NCBI GenBank assembly: GCA_965205425.1
Contig: CBDBGZ010000009.1
Coordinates: 832,001 to 896,000, forward strand
DNA length: 64,000 nt
Direction of reading: 5' to 3'
Origin: Nitrosopumilus sp.
GTDB taxonomy: Archaea > Thermoproteota > Nitrososphaeria > Nitrososphaerales > Nitrosopumilaceae
This document shows positions 30,966 to 42,114 of the stretch, piece by piece (within the stretch, counting starts at the first letter, position 1; every line of letters begins with the position of its first letter). A program made the translations under genes and the position numbers. The notes under the pieces are model-generated. The model did no database searches, had not been told where the DNA came from, and saw only the letters and a list, made by a program, of their open reading frames with translations.

Positions 30966-32249
30966 ATGCAATCATTGAAAAACTCAAAGAAATTACTCAA
31001 AAAAGCAAATCCCTTAATTCCAGCTTTATCACAAACATTTAGCAAGGCTCCCTATAGTTATGTTGAAGGTGTGTATCCTACATATCTTACAAAAGGAAAA
31101 GGTAGTCATGTATTTGATGTTGATGGAAACTGTTACATAGATTATGTATTGGCATTAGGTCCGGTATTGTTAGGATATAGTTATCCAGCTGTTGATAATG
31201 CAATAAAAAATCAATTAAAAAAAGGAATTTCTTTTTCATTACCACATGAGTTAGAGGTTACTGTTTCTGAAAAAATTAAATCAATAATACCTGGAACAGA
31301 AATGGTAAGATTCTCAAAAACTGGCTCTGATGCTGGAACAGCTGCAATTAGAGCTGCTAGGGCTTACACTAAACGAGATAATATTGCCTATTGTGGATCT
31401 GGTGGAGTTTGGCATGATTGGTTTACCGTGATGACTTCAAGAAATGCTGGTATTCCTAAATCCTTGGGAAAAATGATTAAAAAATTTGAATATAATAATA
31501 TTGAATCTTTAAAAATATTATTTGAAAATTGGAAAGACAAAGTTGCTGCTGTTTATCTTGAACCTACTGTTTTAGAAAAACCACAAAAAAATTTTTTAGC
31601 CAATGTTAAAAATTTGGCTAAAAAAAATGGCTCAGTATTAATTTTTGATGAAGTTGTTACAGGATTTAGATTGGCAAATGGTGGTGCTCAAGAATATTTT
31701 AAAATTAAATCTGATCTAGTTGTTTTAGGAAAAGGTATTGCAAATGGAATGCCTTTAGGTGCAATTACCGGAAAAACTGAATTTATGGAACCATTTAAAG
31801 ATATTTTTTATTCAACTTCATATGGTGGAGAAACTCTTTCTTTAGCTGCTGCATCAGCAGTAATTGATGAATTAAAAAATAAACAAGTTGTAAAACATTG
31901 TTGGAAAATTGGAAAGTATTTTTCTGATGAATTTAATAAACTAGCTAAAGAAATTGGAATAAGTGTTCAAATTTATGGATATCCTGTTCGTTCTATAATT
32001 ATTTTTAAAGATGAAAAAAATAATTCCTCAAATCTTTTAAAAAGTTTATTTTATCAAGAAACTGTCAAACAAGGAATACTATTTGGTCCAGGAGCAGTAT
32101 TATTTTCTTTTTCACATTCCATGAATGATATTAAAAAAACTTTAAAAATTTCCGAAAAAAGTCTTCGATTAGTCAAAAAAGCAATTGATAATAACACGGT
32201 ATCGAAAATGTTAAAAGGAAACTCAATGAAACCTGTAATGACTTTTTAA
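30966..32249 (+). CDS. Class III PLP aminotransferase (glutamate-1-semialdehyde aminomutase-like, glycan-associated)
   Basis: FDEVVTGFR, GKGIANGMP, DVDGNCYID. Confidence 0.85.
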   Translation: MQSLKNSKKLLKKANPLIPALSQTFSKAPYSYVEGVYPTYLTKGKGSHVFDVDGNCYIDYVLALGPVLLGYSYPAVDNAIKNQLKKGISFSLPHELEVTVSEKIKSIIPGTEMVRFSKTGSDAGTAAIRAARAYTKRDNIAYCGSGGVWHDWFTVMTSRNAGIPKSLGKMIKKFEYNNIESLKILFENWKDKVAAVYLEPTVLEKPQKNFLANVKNLAKKNGSVLIFDEVVTGFRLANGGAQEYFKIKSDLVVLGKGIANGMPLGAITGKTEFMEPFKDIFYSTSYGGETLSLAAASAVIDELKNKQVVKHCWKIGKYFSDEFNKLAKEIGISVQIYGYPVRSIIIFKDEKNNSSNLLKSLFYQETVKQGILFGPGAVLFSFSHSMNDIKKTLKISEKSLRLVKKAIDNNTVSKMLKGNSMKPVMTF

Positions 32250-32256
32250 AATTAAA

Positions 32257-33291
32257 ATGATTAAAAAAAAAAATCTAAATGGACTGGTAATTGGATGTGG
32301 CTCAATAGGGGAGAGACATATTTACAATTTAAAAAAGCAAAAAATCAAAGAAATTGGAATTTTTGATGTTTATAAAAAAAGAACACTTCAATTATCAAAA
32401 AAGTATAATGTAATTCCTTATGATAATATTGATAATGCTTTTTTATCAAAACCTGATTTTTGTTTTATTTGTACATACCCAAAATCACATCTAACTTTAC
32501 TATCCAAATGTATTGAAAATAATATTCATGTATTTGTGGAAAAACCGATCAGTATTAATTCTAAAGGTGTGGCTACTTTATTAAAAAAAGCGGATAGAAA
32601 AAAATTGAAAATATCTGTAGGTTATAATACTAGATTTGACATTGGAATGCAAAATATTAAAAAGAAATTATCTAAAAAAATAATTGATAACCCATTATCT
32701 GTAATGAGCAATTTTGGAAATAATATTAGATTTTGGAGGAGTGATAATAGTTTCAAAGATCATTATATTCTAAAACCAGGTGGTGGAATTATACTTGATG
32801 ACTCACATGAATATGATTTTGTTAGATGGCTATTAGCTGATGAAGTAAAATCCGTTTATTCTCAAACACAAAAAATGAAATCTTTAGATACTAAAACTGA
32901 AAGTGTTGCAGCAATAATTTTGAAATTTAAAAAAGGTACTGTGGCAAGTTTAGTTTTAGATTATCTTCGACCCAATTATGAAAGAAAATTTCAAATAATT
33001 GGAGATGGTGGTGACATTACTTGGAATTTTAAACCATTACCTTCAAAAAAATCTCTTTTTAATTCATACGTAAATGTCTCTGTCACTTCTACATTGATAG
33101 GTAAAAAACAAAAAATAACTAATTTTAAACCAAAAATTAATGATATGTATGAAAAAGAAATTAGTGATTTTCTAAATGCTATTGTATATGATAAACAACC
33201 CCTGGTAAATGGATGGGAAGGATTAAAAACATTAATCATTGGTGAAGCAGCATTAAAATCTGCAAAAAATAATTGTGTAATACATTTTTAA
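32257..33291 (+). CDS. Gfo/Idh/MocA oxidoreductase
   Basis: IGCGSIG, FVEKP, GGIILDDSHEYD. Confidence 0.88.
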   Translation: MIKKKNLNGLVIGCGSIGERHIYNLKKQKIKEIGIFDVYKKRTLQLSKKYNVIPYDNIDNAFLSKPDFCFICTYPKSHLTLLSKCIENNIHVFVEKPISINSKGVATLLKKADRKKLKISVGYNTRFDIGMQNIKKKLSKKIIDNPLSVMSNFGNNIRFWRSDNSFKDHYILKPGGGIILDDSHEYDFVRWLLADEVKSVYSQTQKMKSLDTKTESVAAIILKFKKGTVASLVLDYLRPNYERKFQIIGDGGDITWNFKPLPSKKSLFNSYVNVSVTSTLIGKKQKITNFKPKINDMYEKEISDFLNAIVYDKQPLVNGWEGLKTLIIGEAALKSAKNNCVIHF

Positions 33292-33292
33292 A

Positions 33293-34060
33293 TTATATTT
33301 TTGATCTTATATCTTTTTTTAATGATTTTAGATATCCTTCGTTTCTAATAATTCTATTATTAATTTTTAATAATTCAGGATTTTTATCTAATACTTTTAA
33401 AATATCTTTTAAAACAATATTTGTTTGTGGTGGAAATTTAGCAAAAATTTTTCTAATAAATTTTAAATCCTCTTTTTCATCTACTGTAAATCTATATTTT
33501 GAAAGATCTTTTCTATTTTCATAATTATATATCTTAAAATTATTTTTATTTTTTCTTATGAATGGTGTAACGTGTTCACGTTCTGATTTTAATTCTGCCT
33601 TTTCAAATGATTTTTTTAATGATTTAAAAGAAAAAATTTCAACATCCAATCCATCTGGAAAAGTAGGAGGTAAATTATTACAAATATAATCAAATTTATT
33701 TAATTTAAAAATTTTTAACATTTTATTTATAATCACATAATCAATTAGAGGACAATCTGCAGTTATTCTAATAATTGGATCCGCATTAAATTTTAATGAA
33801 CAATTATAATATCTGTCTAATACATCATTTGCTTTACCCTGAAAAATCTCAATATCACAATTATTTGCAATTTGAATTAATTTCTCATCTTCTTTCTTTT
33901 TTGTTGTAGCAAGTATAATTTGGTCTATCTCATTTACTTTTTTCAATCTGTTTATCACATACCAAATCATGGGTTTTTTTTCTATTGAAGCAAGAACTTT
34001 TTTTGGTAATCTATGTGAACCAGTTCGTGCCTGAATTATTATTGATGTTTTTTTAGGCAT
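33293..34060 (-). CDS. SpsF/PseF-like cytidylyltransferase
   Basis: QARTGSHRLPKK, RITADCP, REHVTP, RFTVDEKED. Confidence 0.88.
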   Translation of the reverse strand: MPKKTSIIIQARTGSHRLPKKVLASIEKKPMIWYVINRLKKVNEIDQIILATTKKKEDEKLIQIANNCDIEIFQGKANDVLDRYYNCSLKFNADPIIRITADCPLIDYVIINKMLKIFKLNKFDYICNNLPPTFPDGLDVEIFSFKSLKKSFEKAELKSEREHVTPFIRKNKNNFKIYNYENRKDLSKYRFTVDEKEDLKFIRKIFAKFPPQTNIVLKDILKVLDKNPELLKINNRIIRNEGYLKSLKKDIRSKI

Positions 34061-34177
34061 GTATCAATAGGTGGAAAATTCTCTCTAAAATGATTTTGTA
34101 CTTAGAAATAACAAATGTGATTTAAAACGTTAGAATTATAGTGAGAATTATTATTAATCTAATCAGTTTCAACTAGC

Positions 34178-35224
34178 ATGATGGATTTTGAAAAATTACA
34201 GAAAACAATAGTAATTGCTGAGGCAGGATCAAATTGGAAAGTTGGGAGCTATCAAGAGGATCTAAAGCAAGCAAAGAAGCTTATTGATGTAGCATTAAAA
34301 GCAGGTGCAAATGTTGTTAAATTTCAAACATTTCAAACTGATACTATTGTAGTACCTAATGCGGGAAAAATTGAATATCTTAAGAAAAAAGGAATTGATA
34401 AAACCATCAATGAAATTTTTGATGAACTCTCAATGCCATATGAAATGATTCCTGAATTGGCAAATTATTGTAAATCTAAAGAGATTGAATTTATGTCTAC
34501 TCCATTTTCTATTGCAGATGCAAAAGCAATTGATCCATATGTAAAAATTCATAAAATTGCTTCATTTGAAATTAATCATATAAGATTGCTTGAATTTCTT
34601 GCAAAAACAAAAAAACCTATTTTAATTTCAACTGGAGCTAGTAGTTATGATGAAATAGACTTTGCAGTAAATATACTTAAAGATAATGGAAATGATCAGA
34701 TTTGTATTTTACAATGTACTTCAAAATATCCTGCACCAATTGAATCACTAAATTTAAACACAATTTCAACTATGAGAAAAAAATATGATCTACCAACTGG
34801 TTTATCTGATCATAGTATGGAGCCTATACTTGCCCCAATTTGTGCAATTGGTTTAGGTGCTATTGTAATTGAAAAACATTTTACATTGGATAGAAATTTA
34901 CCCGGACCTGATCATAAACATGCATTAATTCCTGAGGAACTTGAATCTATGGTGAAATCAATAAGATTAGCTGAACAAGCAAAAGGAAATGAGAATAAAA
35001 CAATCTTAGATGTAGAACAAGAACTTCATGAAGCAGGTACACGTGCTATTCAAGCAGTTCAAAAGATTTCAAAAGATGAAATCTTACAGGAAGGAGTTAA
35101 TTTTGATCTATTACGACCAGGAATGCGAAAACGAGGACTTGAACCAAGGTTTCTTAGTAAAGTTCAAGGAAAAAAGTCTTCAAAAGATGTTGATGCTGGA
35201 GATGGCATTTTAGAAATTGAATAG
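34178..35224 (+). CDS. N-acetylneuraminate/pseudaminate synthase (NeuB/PseI family)
   Basis: IAEAGSN, VKFQTF, CTSKYP, GLSDHS, IEKHFTLD, GPDH. Confidence 0.92.
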   Translation: MMDFEKLQKTIVIAEAGSNWKVGSYQEDLKQAKKLIDVALKAGANVVKFQTFQTDTIVVPNAGKIEYLKKKGIDKTINEIFDELSMPYEMIPELANYCKSKEIEFMSTPFSIADAKAIDPYVKIHKIASFEINHIRLLEFLAKTKKPILISTGASSYDEIDFAVNILKDNGNDQICILQCTSKYPAPIESLNLNTISTMRKKYDLPTGLSDHSMEPILAPICAIGLGAIVIEKHFTLDRNLPGPDHKHALIPEELESMVKSIRLAEQAKGNENKTILDVEQELHEAGTRAIQAVQKISKDEILQEGVNFDLLRPGMRKRGLEPRFLSKVQGKKSSKDVDAGDGILEIE

Positions 35225-35225
35225 A

Positions 35226-36323
35226 TTACTCTGTTAGAGAGTTTACCATTTTAATTACAAATGATTGTTCATTTTCTGATAGATTTGGATGAATAGGTAT
35301 TGATACAATTCTTTCACTTGCTTTAACAGTGTTTTTTAAAATTTGATTATTTTTATAATATTTCATTTTGTGAATTGGATTATAATGAATTCCAGTTTCT
35401 ATTCCTTTTTCTAACATTTTTTTCATGAATTTGTCTCTATTTTTTACTTGGATCCAAAATAAATGATAAACACATCCATCGTTTAATGGAATTTTATTCT
35501 CTATTTTTATTTCATCTGAATATCTCTTTGCAATTTTTTTCCTTTTAGAATTCATAACATCAAGTTTTTTCAATTGCTCTAAGCCAATAGCTGCTGAAAA
35601 TTCATTCATGTAAAAATTCCAACCTAGTCTGCTAACATCATAATTAAAACCTGTTCTATTAGAAATTCCACACCATCTAAGTGATTCTAAAATTTTCCTT
35701 TGGCTTTTATTTTTTTTAGAATTTGAAGTGATTGCACCTCCTGTAGGCATTGATAAATTTTTTACAGGATGAAAACTAAAGCAGACATGATCACCGTGAC
35801 TTCCAACTCTCTTTCCTTTGTAATATGCTCCTGCAGCATGTGCTGCATCTTCAATTAATAATAATTTATTTTTTCTACAAATTTTCATCAAGTAATCTAA
35901 ATTACATGGCATTCCTGCAAAATGAACTGGCAACACTGCAATTGTTTTTTTATTAATTTTTTTTTCTACTTCTATAGGATCAAGACAAAGTGTTTTAGGA
36001 TCAATATCTGCAAAAACTGGTTTCCCTCCATTGTATTTTATTGCATGAGCTGTCGAGACAAATGATAATGATGGAAGAATAACCTCTTTACCTTTTAAAT
36101 CATATAATGATAACGCTAGATGGAGGGCAGCAGTACCACTATTTACAGTAACACAATTTTTAGATCCTATAAAATTATTGAATTTATGCTCAAATTTTGA
36201 TACATTTTGACCACCGGCCCCTGAAGCCCAATTATGGCTTTGAAGTGTTTTTAAAAGCTCTTTCTCTTCGTTTCTATCTATTGTTGGATCAAATAATTTT
36301 ATTTTCTTCATATTTTGTATCAA
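35226..36323 (-). CDS. DegT/DnrJ/EryC1/StrS sugar aminotransferase (PseC-like)
   Basis: NSGTAALH, EDAAHA, SFHPVK. Confidence 0.9.
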   Translation of the reverse strand: MIQNMKKIKLFDPTIDRNEEKELLKTLQSHNWASGAGGQNVSKFEHKFNNFIGSKNCVTVNSGTAALHLALSLYDLKGKEVILPSLSFVSTAHAIKYNGGKPVFADIDPKTLCLDPIEVEKKINKKTIAVLPVHFAGMPCNLDYLMKICRKNKLLLIEDAAHAAGAYYKGKRVGSHGDHVCFSFHPVKNLSMPTGGAITSNSKKNKSQRKILESLRWCGISNRTGFNYDVSRLGWNFYMNEFSAAIGLEQLKKLDVMNSKRKKIAKRYSDEIKIENKIPLNDGCVYHLFWIQVKNRDKFMKKMLEKGIETGIHYNPIHKMKYYKNNQILKNTVKASERIVSIPIHPNLSENEQSFVIKMVNSLTE

Positions 36324-36407
36324 AATTATATTTTTGTGCTATTTATTAGATCTAAACAATAATTTATCATCCATTCATATCAAACTCTATGATACATCAA
36401 AAAATAC

Positions 36408-37440
36408 TGTTGTATCCCAAAATCAGTTCGTCCCTTATTTGACATCGTATTCTTCTCCTGTCTGCTCATCAATAACTCTTGTTCCCTTCTCTGGCATCTT
36501 TCTTGCATATGCCTTTGCAGGGGTCTCAAGATTATCCCAGTCAAGTGACATGTGTGGCTTTATGTGGTTGTACCAGTGGACCAGCTCATCAATGGTGCCA
36601 AACCATTTCTGCTTTCTCTGAATCTCGCCGTGAAATCTTTCTAACTTTCCATTTGTCTGTGGATGATTCACTCTTGCCATGATGTGTTTTATTCCAAGTC
36701 TAACCAGTTCTTGCTCAAACTGTGATGCTCCTTTTCTCTTGTATTCTGATTGGTTTGCATAAAACTGGGAGCCATGATCAGTTAGAATTGATGCAGGCCT
36801 ACCGTGCTTTGCAATTGCCTCATGTAATACCACAAGTGCGTTATCTGTTGTTGCCTCTGCAAACACTCCATGAGAAACGATAAACCTTGATGCGTCATCC
36901 TGGTAGCATAAGAACCATCTGCCATCATCTAGCTTCTTCCAGTCAGTATGCCACATGGAGTTTGAATATGTCCTTTCATATCGAACCCACTTTCGTCTTC
37001 TCCTCTTCTTTGGCTGAGCTTCTGCCAACCCTTCATCTCTCATAATTTTATGTATGGTATTGTGAGGTATGTGTGTTCCAGTAGTATCAATTATTTTCTC
37101 CAAGAATACTGCAGAACACCTGAACTTTTCAAATGTAGACTGGACAGTCTGCACCATCTGCTCTGTGATTATTCCCTTTGGCCTTCCAGACTTGCCTAGG
37201 ATTGGAACTGCACCAGTACGGCGATACCGTGAGTAGAGTTTCTGCATCCACCCAACAGATATCTTCATGGATGAGGCAACGTCTGCGTTCTTGGCACCGT
37301 CCTCTTTTGACTTGATTATCCAGGATATCTGGATTGGATCTAACTTTTGCATAATCTTGTGATTCTTTCCTCTTTTCCAAACGTATCTTGACTTTAGTCT
37401 GGAAATAATGGGATGAACTAATTTGAGGATAATAGATACA
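36408..37440 (-). mobile_element. IS481-family insertion sequence, copy 1 (transposase stop at 36435)
   Basis: TGT...ACA ends; WHTD, ILTDHGSQF, PQTNGKLERF DDE motifs; near-identical copy at 53512-54542. Confidence 0.88.
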
Positions 37441-37478
37441 TCAAAAAATACTGTAATATTAATAAAGGTGATTATCAA

Positions 37479-38333
37479 TTATTCACCACCAACACATAAT
37501 CTAACAATAATGAGAAAGTATCTTCCATCTCTGTTGTTGTATCTCCACTCCATCTCTTTGATGTATAACAAGAATTTATCTGGACTTACTCCGTGATGCT
37601 TTGCCATGTTCTCTTTTGCAAAACTCCAAAACCCTTCGATTCCATTTATGTACACGTCACCTTTGCCAAACATCTTGCTGTGGTCTATTGAGAGATGTTT
37701 GTAGGCGTTGAAAACTAGCGAATCATATCCTCTCCTCTTGTCCGTATACACAATGCTTCCTTTCTTTACTTTCTTGATTGTTCCTGCAAGCAATGTCTTT
37801 GCCTTGACATTGTTTACAATCTCAACGTGAACTTTTCCCTTTCTTTCCAGTATGCCAAATACGATGGTCTTGTTCTTGGCACCTCTGCCACGATTTCCCT
37901 TTCTTTTTCCTCCAAAATAGTCGCCTCGTCAGCCTCAATTTTCCCTTTTAGTTTCTTGTCTGATTCTGCTAGATGATACAGTATGGCATATCTGATGCAA
38001 TCAAAAGCATTTAGTGCAAGTTGGATAACTGACATCTGCTTCTCTAGCTGCATGTCTTGCACTAATCCCAAGATCAAATAGTTTGACTAGGGCCAACCAT
38101 TTTGTAAAATTAATGTTGATGATATCAAACCATGTTCCAGCAAACGGTCTATAATCTGTCTTGCAATCTTTGCATCTTAGTTTCCCTCTTGAAATAATAT
38201 AGTAATTCTCAGAGTTACATGATGAACAATGAATTGTGTTTTTCTTTTTGAATTGGTTGCAGAGAAATTCCAATGCAGTTGATTTGTTGTGAATTATTTT
38301 AGATAACTCAATTATGTTGATTGTTTTTTCCAA
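37479..38333 (-). pseudogene. IS1595-family (ISXO2-like) transposase broken by frameshifts into three or more pieces
   Basis: Zn ribbon CSSC...CKDC, IEADE, YTD...Y, INGIEGFWSFAK distributed over different frames. Confidence 0.85.
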
Positions 38334-38397
38334 TAATTACTCAAAAATAGTTGGTGGTAATAGGTTTACAATCACCTAAAATTAAATTTTCAACCTC

Positions 38398-38730
38398 ATG
38401 AACGGAATAATTTCATTTGGAAACAAAAGAAATTATGAAGACTTTAAAAAACAGATTCCTGTTCCTGTATTACCATTATTTGATTCAATTAGAGAATTTT
38501 GCTTCTAATTAGGAGACAAAGTGATAGAAGATGTTAGAATGCATAGAGTGGTTTTTTGTAAATCAATTACATTCAGATGGTTTGCAGACGTAGAACCTGA
38601 GAGAGAAGGAGTAATTATAAAAATTCAAAAAAGTAGAAAGGATCCCGTTCAAATTATTCAGATTAAAAAAGATCAAGAAATTTCAGAATTTGCTCAAATC
38701 ATAAAAACCGCATTTGAGGAAATTCACTAG
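38398..38730 (+). pseudogene. Hypothetical gene with in-frame TAA at 38506
   Basis: ATG 38398 reads MNGIISFGNK...REFCF*LGDKVIEDVRMHR, in frame with ORF 38521-38730. Confidence 0.6.
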
Positions 38731-39005
38731 TATAGCACATCAAATTTTGCAAATTCCCCAGTGAATTTTTCGTTACGTATTTCTACATCTTCTACCCTAG
38801 CATTGGCAGGACCACCATGAGCCCATTCAATTAGCCTACTAATTTTTTCTTCATCTCCTTCTAAAACAGCTTCAACTCTACCATCATTGAGATTTTTTAC
38901 CCAACCAAAAATATCATTTTTCTTTGCCACAACTTTTAGGGATTGGCGAAAAAAAACACCTTGTACCTTACCTGTAACAAAAAGTCTAATACGATAATTT
39001 GACAC
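38727..39005 (-). CDS. acyP: Acylphosphatase
   Basis: GKVQGVFFR, GWVKNLNDGRVE. Confidence 0.93.
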   Translation of the reverse strand: MSNYRIRLFVTGKVQGVFFRQSLKVVAKKNDIFGWVKNLNDGRVEAVLEGDEEKISRLIEWAHGGPANARVEDVEIRNEKFTGEFAKFDVLY

Positions 39006-39055
39006 TACAACAATATTTCACGGAGCTATTAATCAATTTTAGGTTAAAGATGAAA

Positions 39056-39790
39056 CTACTTTCTTTCTTTAATTCTAGCTCTACCAGTTTTTCTTGCAGC
39101 AATGCTACCTACCTTTGCACCAGGAGGAGCATCTCTTGAAACGGTGGAACTCTGTCCAACGTGTTGATGACGACCACCACCGTGTGGATGTACATATGCT
39201 GCTTGAGCAACACCTCTTACAATTGGATATTTCTTTCCTTTAGCTTTAAAACTACGCCATTTGTTACCTGCACTCATAAAATGTCGTTCACTAGCACCAC
39301 CACCAGCAAGAGTGCCAATCATGGCTCTATTTTTTGGATTAAGAGTTGCAAATTTACCAGAAGGAAGTTTAACAGTTACACCATCATCACCATGAGAAAA
39401 AATAGTTGCGTCAGTTCCTGCTGATTTAACAATAGCACCACCATCGCCAAAATGCTTTTCAATATTACATACAATTGTACCATCAGGAATGTTTTGAACA
39501 CTGATGACATTTCCTTTTTCAATGGTTGATTTTAATCCAAATTGTAAAGTTGTACCTACCGAAGTTCCAAGAACTGCGGGTACAAATGAAACAGAACCAT
39601 CTTCAAATCTAATTTTAGATAATGGTGCTTCTCTACCACGCTCGTGTACAAGATCTATAATTTCGCCGGTATGTTGCTCTGATAGTGGAAAACGCGGATA
39701 ATTGGCTTTTTTACCTACTTTGCCAGTAGATGTAGATCTAAACTGATTACCTCCACGGCCTCGTCTTCGAACTAATGGTCTCTTACCCAA
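39056..39790 (-). CDS. rpl2: 50S ribosomal protein uL2 (TTG start, MGKRPLVRRRG)
   Basis: RGVAQAAYVHPHGGG, PPGAKVGSIAARKTG. Confidence 0.96.
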   Translation of the reverse strand: MGKRPLVRRRGRGGNQFRSTSTGKVGKKANYPRFPLSEQHTGEIIDLVHERGREAPLSKIRFEDGSVSFVPAVLGTSVGTTLQFGLKSTIEKGNVISVQNIPDGTIVCNIEKHFGDGGAIVKSAGTDATIFSHGDDGVTVKLPSGKFATLNPKNRAMIGTLAGGGASERHFMSAGNKWRSFKAKGKKYPIVRGVAQAAYVHPHGGGRHQHVGQSSTVSRDAPPGAKVGSIAARKTGRARIKERK

Positions 39791-39880
39791 GTTGATCGTT
39801 TCCAGCAAAAAGAGAATTTTAAGCTTGTGGTATTCGTACTGTAAGTTATGGAAATTACCACAAAGGTATAAAAATTAGAA

Positions 39881-42082
39881 TTGAGGCCAATGAGTATGAG
39901 TCAAAATGCTCTTTCTCTCAAAGTTCTTGAAGCATACACAAGAGATGTAGGAAGAGGGGTAGCTAGAATTGATTATGATTCTATGGATACACTAAATGCC
40001 TCTACAGGTGACGTTATTGAAATTAAAGGGAAAAGAAGAACAGTAGCTAAATGTCTTCCTCTCTATCCTTCAGATGAAGGAAAGGGGATAATCAGAATTG
40101 ACGGACTAGGACGGAATAATTCGGGAATTGCAATAGGGGATACAATTTCAGTTAGAAAAATAAAAGCAGTAGCTGCAGAAAAAGTTGTAGTTGCTCCATT
40201 AGAAGCAATTCCACCAATTGATGAGAGATATCTTGCAGACGCTTTAGAAAGCGTTCCTTTGATTAAAGGTGATAATGTAATGGTTCCATACTTTGGTGGA
40301 CGTTTAACTTTTCAAGTTATTGGAGTAAATCCAGCAGCTGATGCTGTTTTAGTTACTCAAAAAACTGTTTTCCACATTGCAGAAAAAGGAGAAACACTAC
40401 GTGGAGTTCCACAAGTAACCTATGAAGACATTGGTGGAATTTCAAATGAGATTAAAAAAGTTAGAGAAATGATTGAACTTCCATTAAGACATCCAGAAAT
40501 TTTTGAAAAATTAGGAATTGAAGCTCCAAAAGGCGTCTTATTGTATGGTCCACCAGGTACTGGTAAAACTCTACTTGCAAAAGCAGTTGCAAATGAAAGT
40601 AATGCACATTTCATTAGTATTTCTGGACCAGAAATTATGAGTAAATTCTACGGCGAAAGTGAAGCAAGACTAAGAGAAATTTTCAAAGAGGCAAGAGAAA
40701 AAGCTCCATCAATTATCTTTGTAGATGAAATAGATTCTATTGCACCAAAAAGAGAGGAAGTTACTGGAGAAGTTGAAAGAAGAGTTGTTTCTCAAATGTT
40801 ATCATTAATGGATGGATTGGAGGCAAGAGGTAAAGTAATTGTTATTTCTGCAACAAACAGACCAAATGCAATAGATCCAGCACTTAGACGACCAGGAAGA
40901 TTTGATAGAGAAATCGAGATTAAAGTTCCAGATAAAAAAGGAAGAAAAGACATTCTTGCAATTCACAGTAGAAACATGCCATTAGGCGAAGATGTTAATC
41001 TAGATAAAATTTCATCAGTTAGTCACGGATATGTCGGTGCAGATTTAGAATATCTTTGTAAAGAAGCAGCAATGAAATGTTTGAGAAGATTATTACCAGT
41101 TTTGAATTTAGAAGAAGAAAAACTTCCTCCAGAAACTTTGGATAAATTGATTGTAAACCATGAAGATTTCCAGAAAGCACTCATTGAAGTAACCCCATCA
41201 GGAATGCGAGAAGTTTTCATTGAAAACCCAGATGTAAAATGGGATGACGTTGGTGGATTAGAAGATGTTAAACGAGAATTACAAGAAGCAGTAGAATGGC
41301 CAATGAAATATCCTGGTCTATATGATAAACTAGGACACAATATGCCAAGAGGGATATTATTACATGGTCCAAGTGGTACTGGTAAAACTCTACTTGCAAA
41401 AGCAGTTGCAACTCAAAGTGAAGCAAACTTTGTTTCAGTTAGAGGCCCCGAATTATTGTCTAAATGGGTAGGAGAATCAGAGAGAGGAATTAGAGAAATT
41501 TTCAAACGTGCACGTCAATCTGCACCATGTGTTGTATTCTTTGATGAAATAGATTCTATTGCACCAATTAGAGGAGCTGGTGGAGAAACAGCAGTTACTG
41601 AAAGAGTTGTTAGTCAATTATTGACAGAATTAGACGGTATGGAAAACATGCACGGAGTCATAGTTTTAGCAGCAACCAACAGAGCAGATATGATTGATCC
41701 TGCATTATTAAGACCAGGAAGATTTGATAAAATTATTCAGATTCCACTTCCAGACAAGGAAAGTAGAAAGAGTATATTGAAAATTAATGCCGAGAAAATT
41801 CCAACTATTAGTGAGGAAAGTGATCCTAATCATGTTGATTTCGAGAAACTTTCAGAATTAACAGATGGATTAAGTGGCGCAGATACTGCATCTATTGCAA
41901 ATACTGCAGTATCTCTAGTAATTCATGAATTCTTAGATAAAAATCCAGATGTAAAAGATATTGAGAAAAAGGATGTGGATGCTAAAGTAACTATGAAACA
42001 CTTTGAGGAAGCAGTAAAGAAAGTTAGAGAACAAAAAGACCTCAAGATGGGTGAAAAATTAATAGCTTCCTATTACAGGTAG
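39881..42082 (+). CDS. cdc48: CDC48/VCP family AAA ATPase
   Basis: Two AAA domains ([16 protein letters not shown]), [11 protein letters not shown]. Confidence 0.96.
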   Translation: MRPMSMSQNALSLKVLEAYTRDVGRGVARIDYDSMDTLNASTGDVIEIKGKRRTVAKCLPLYPSDEGKGIIRIDGLGRNNSGIAIGDTISVRKIKAVAAEKVVVAPLEAIPPIDERYLADALESVPLIKGDNVMVPYFGGRLTFQVIGVNPAADAVLVTQKTVFHIAEKGETLRGVPQVTYEDIGGISNEIKKVREMIELPLRHPEIFEKLGIEAPKGVLLYGPPGTGKTLLAKAVANESNAHFISISGPEIMSKFYGESEARLREIFKEAREKAPSIIFVDEIDSIAPKREEVTGEVERRVVSQMLSLMDGLEARGKVIVISATNRPNAIDPALRRPGRFDREIEIKVPDKKGRKDILAIHSRNMPLGEDVNLDKISSVSHGYVGADLEYLCKEAAMKCLRRLLPVLNLEEEKLPPETLDKLIVNHEDFQKALIEVTPSGMREVFIENPDVKWDDVGGLEDVKRELQEAVEWPMKYPGLYDKLGHNMPRGILLHGPSGTGKTLLAKAVATQSEANFVSVRGPELLSKWVGESERGIREIFKRARQSAPCVVFFDEIDSIAPIRGAGGETAVTERVVSQLLTELDGMENMHGVIVLAATNRADMIDPALLRPGRFDKIIQIPLPDKESRKSILKINAEKIPTISEESDPNHVDFEKLSELTDGLSGADTASIANTAVSLVIHEFLDKNPDVKDIEKKDVDAKVTMKHFEEAVKKVREQKDLKMGEKLIASYYR

Positions 42083-42114
42083 TTTTAATTAAATAACAAA
42101 TCTAATCCTCATAA

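Noticed and set aside
30966..32249. hemL (heme biosynthesis)
   Set aside because: It lies within a nonulosonate cluster near spsF, where GSA-like aminotransferases are common; no gene symbol assigned.
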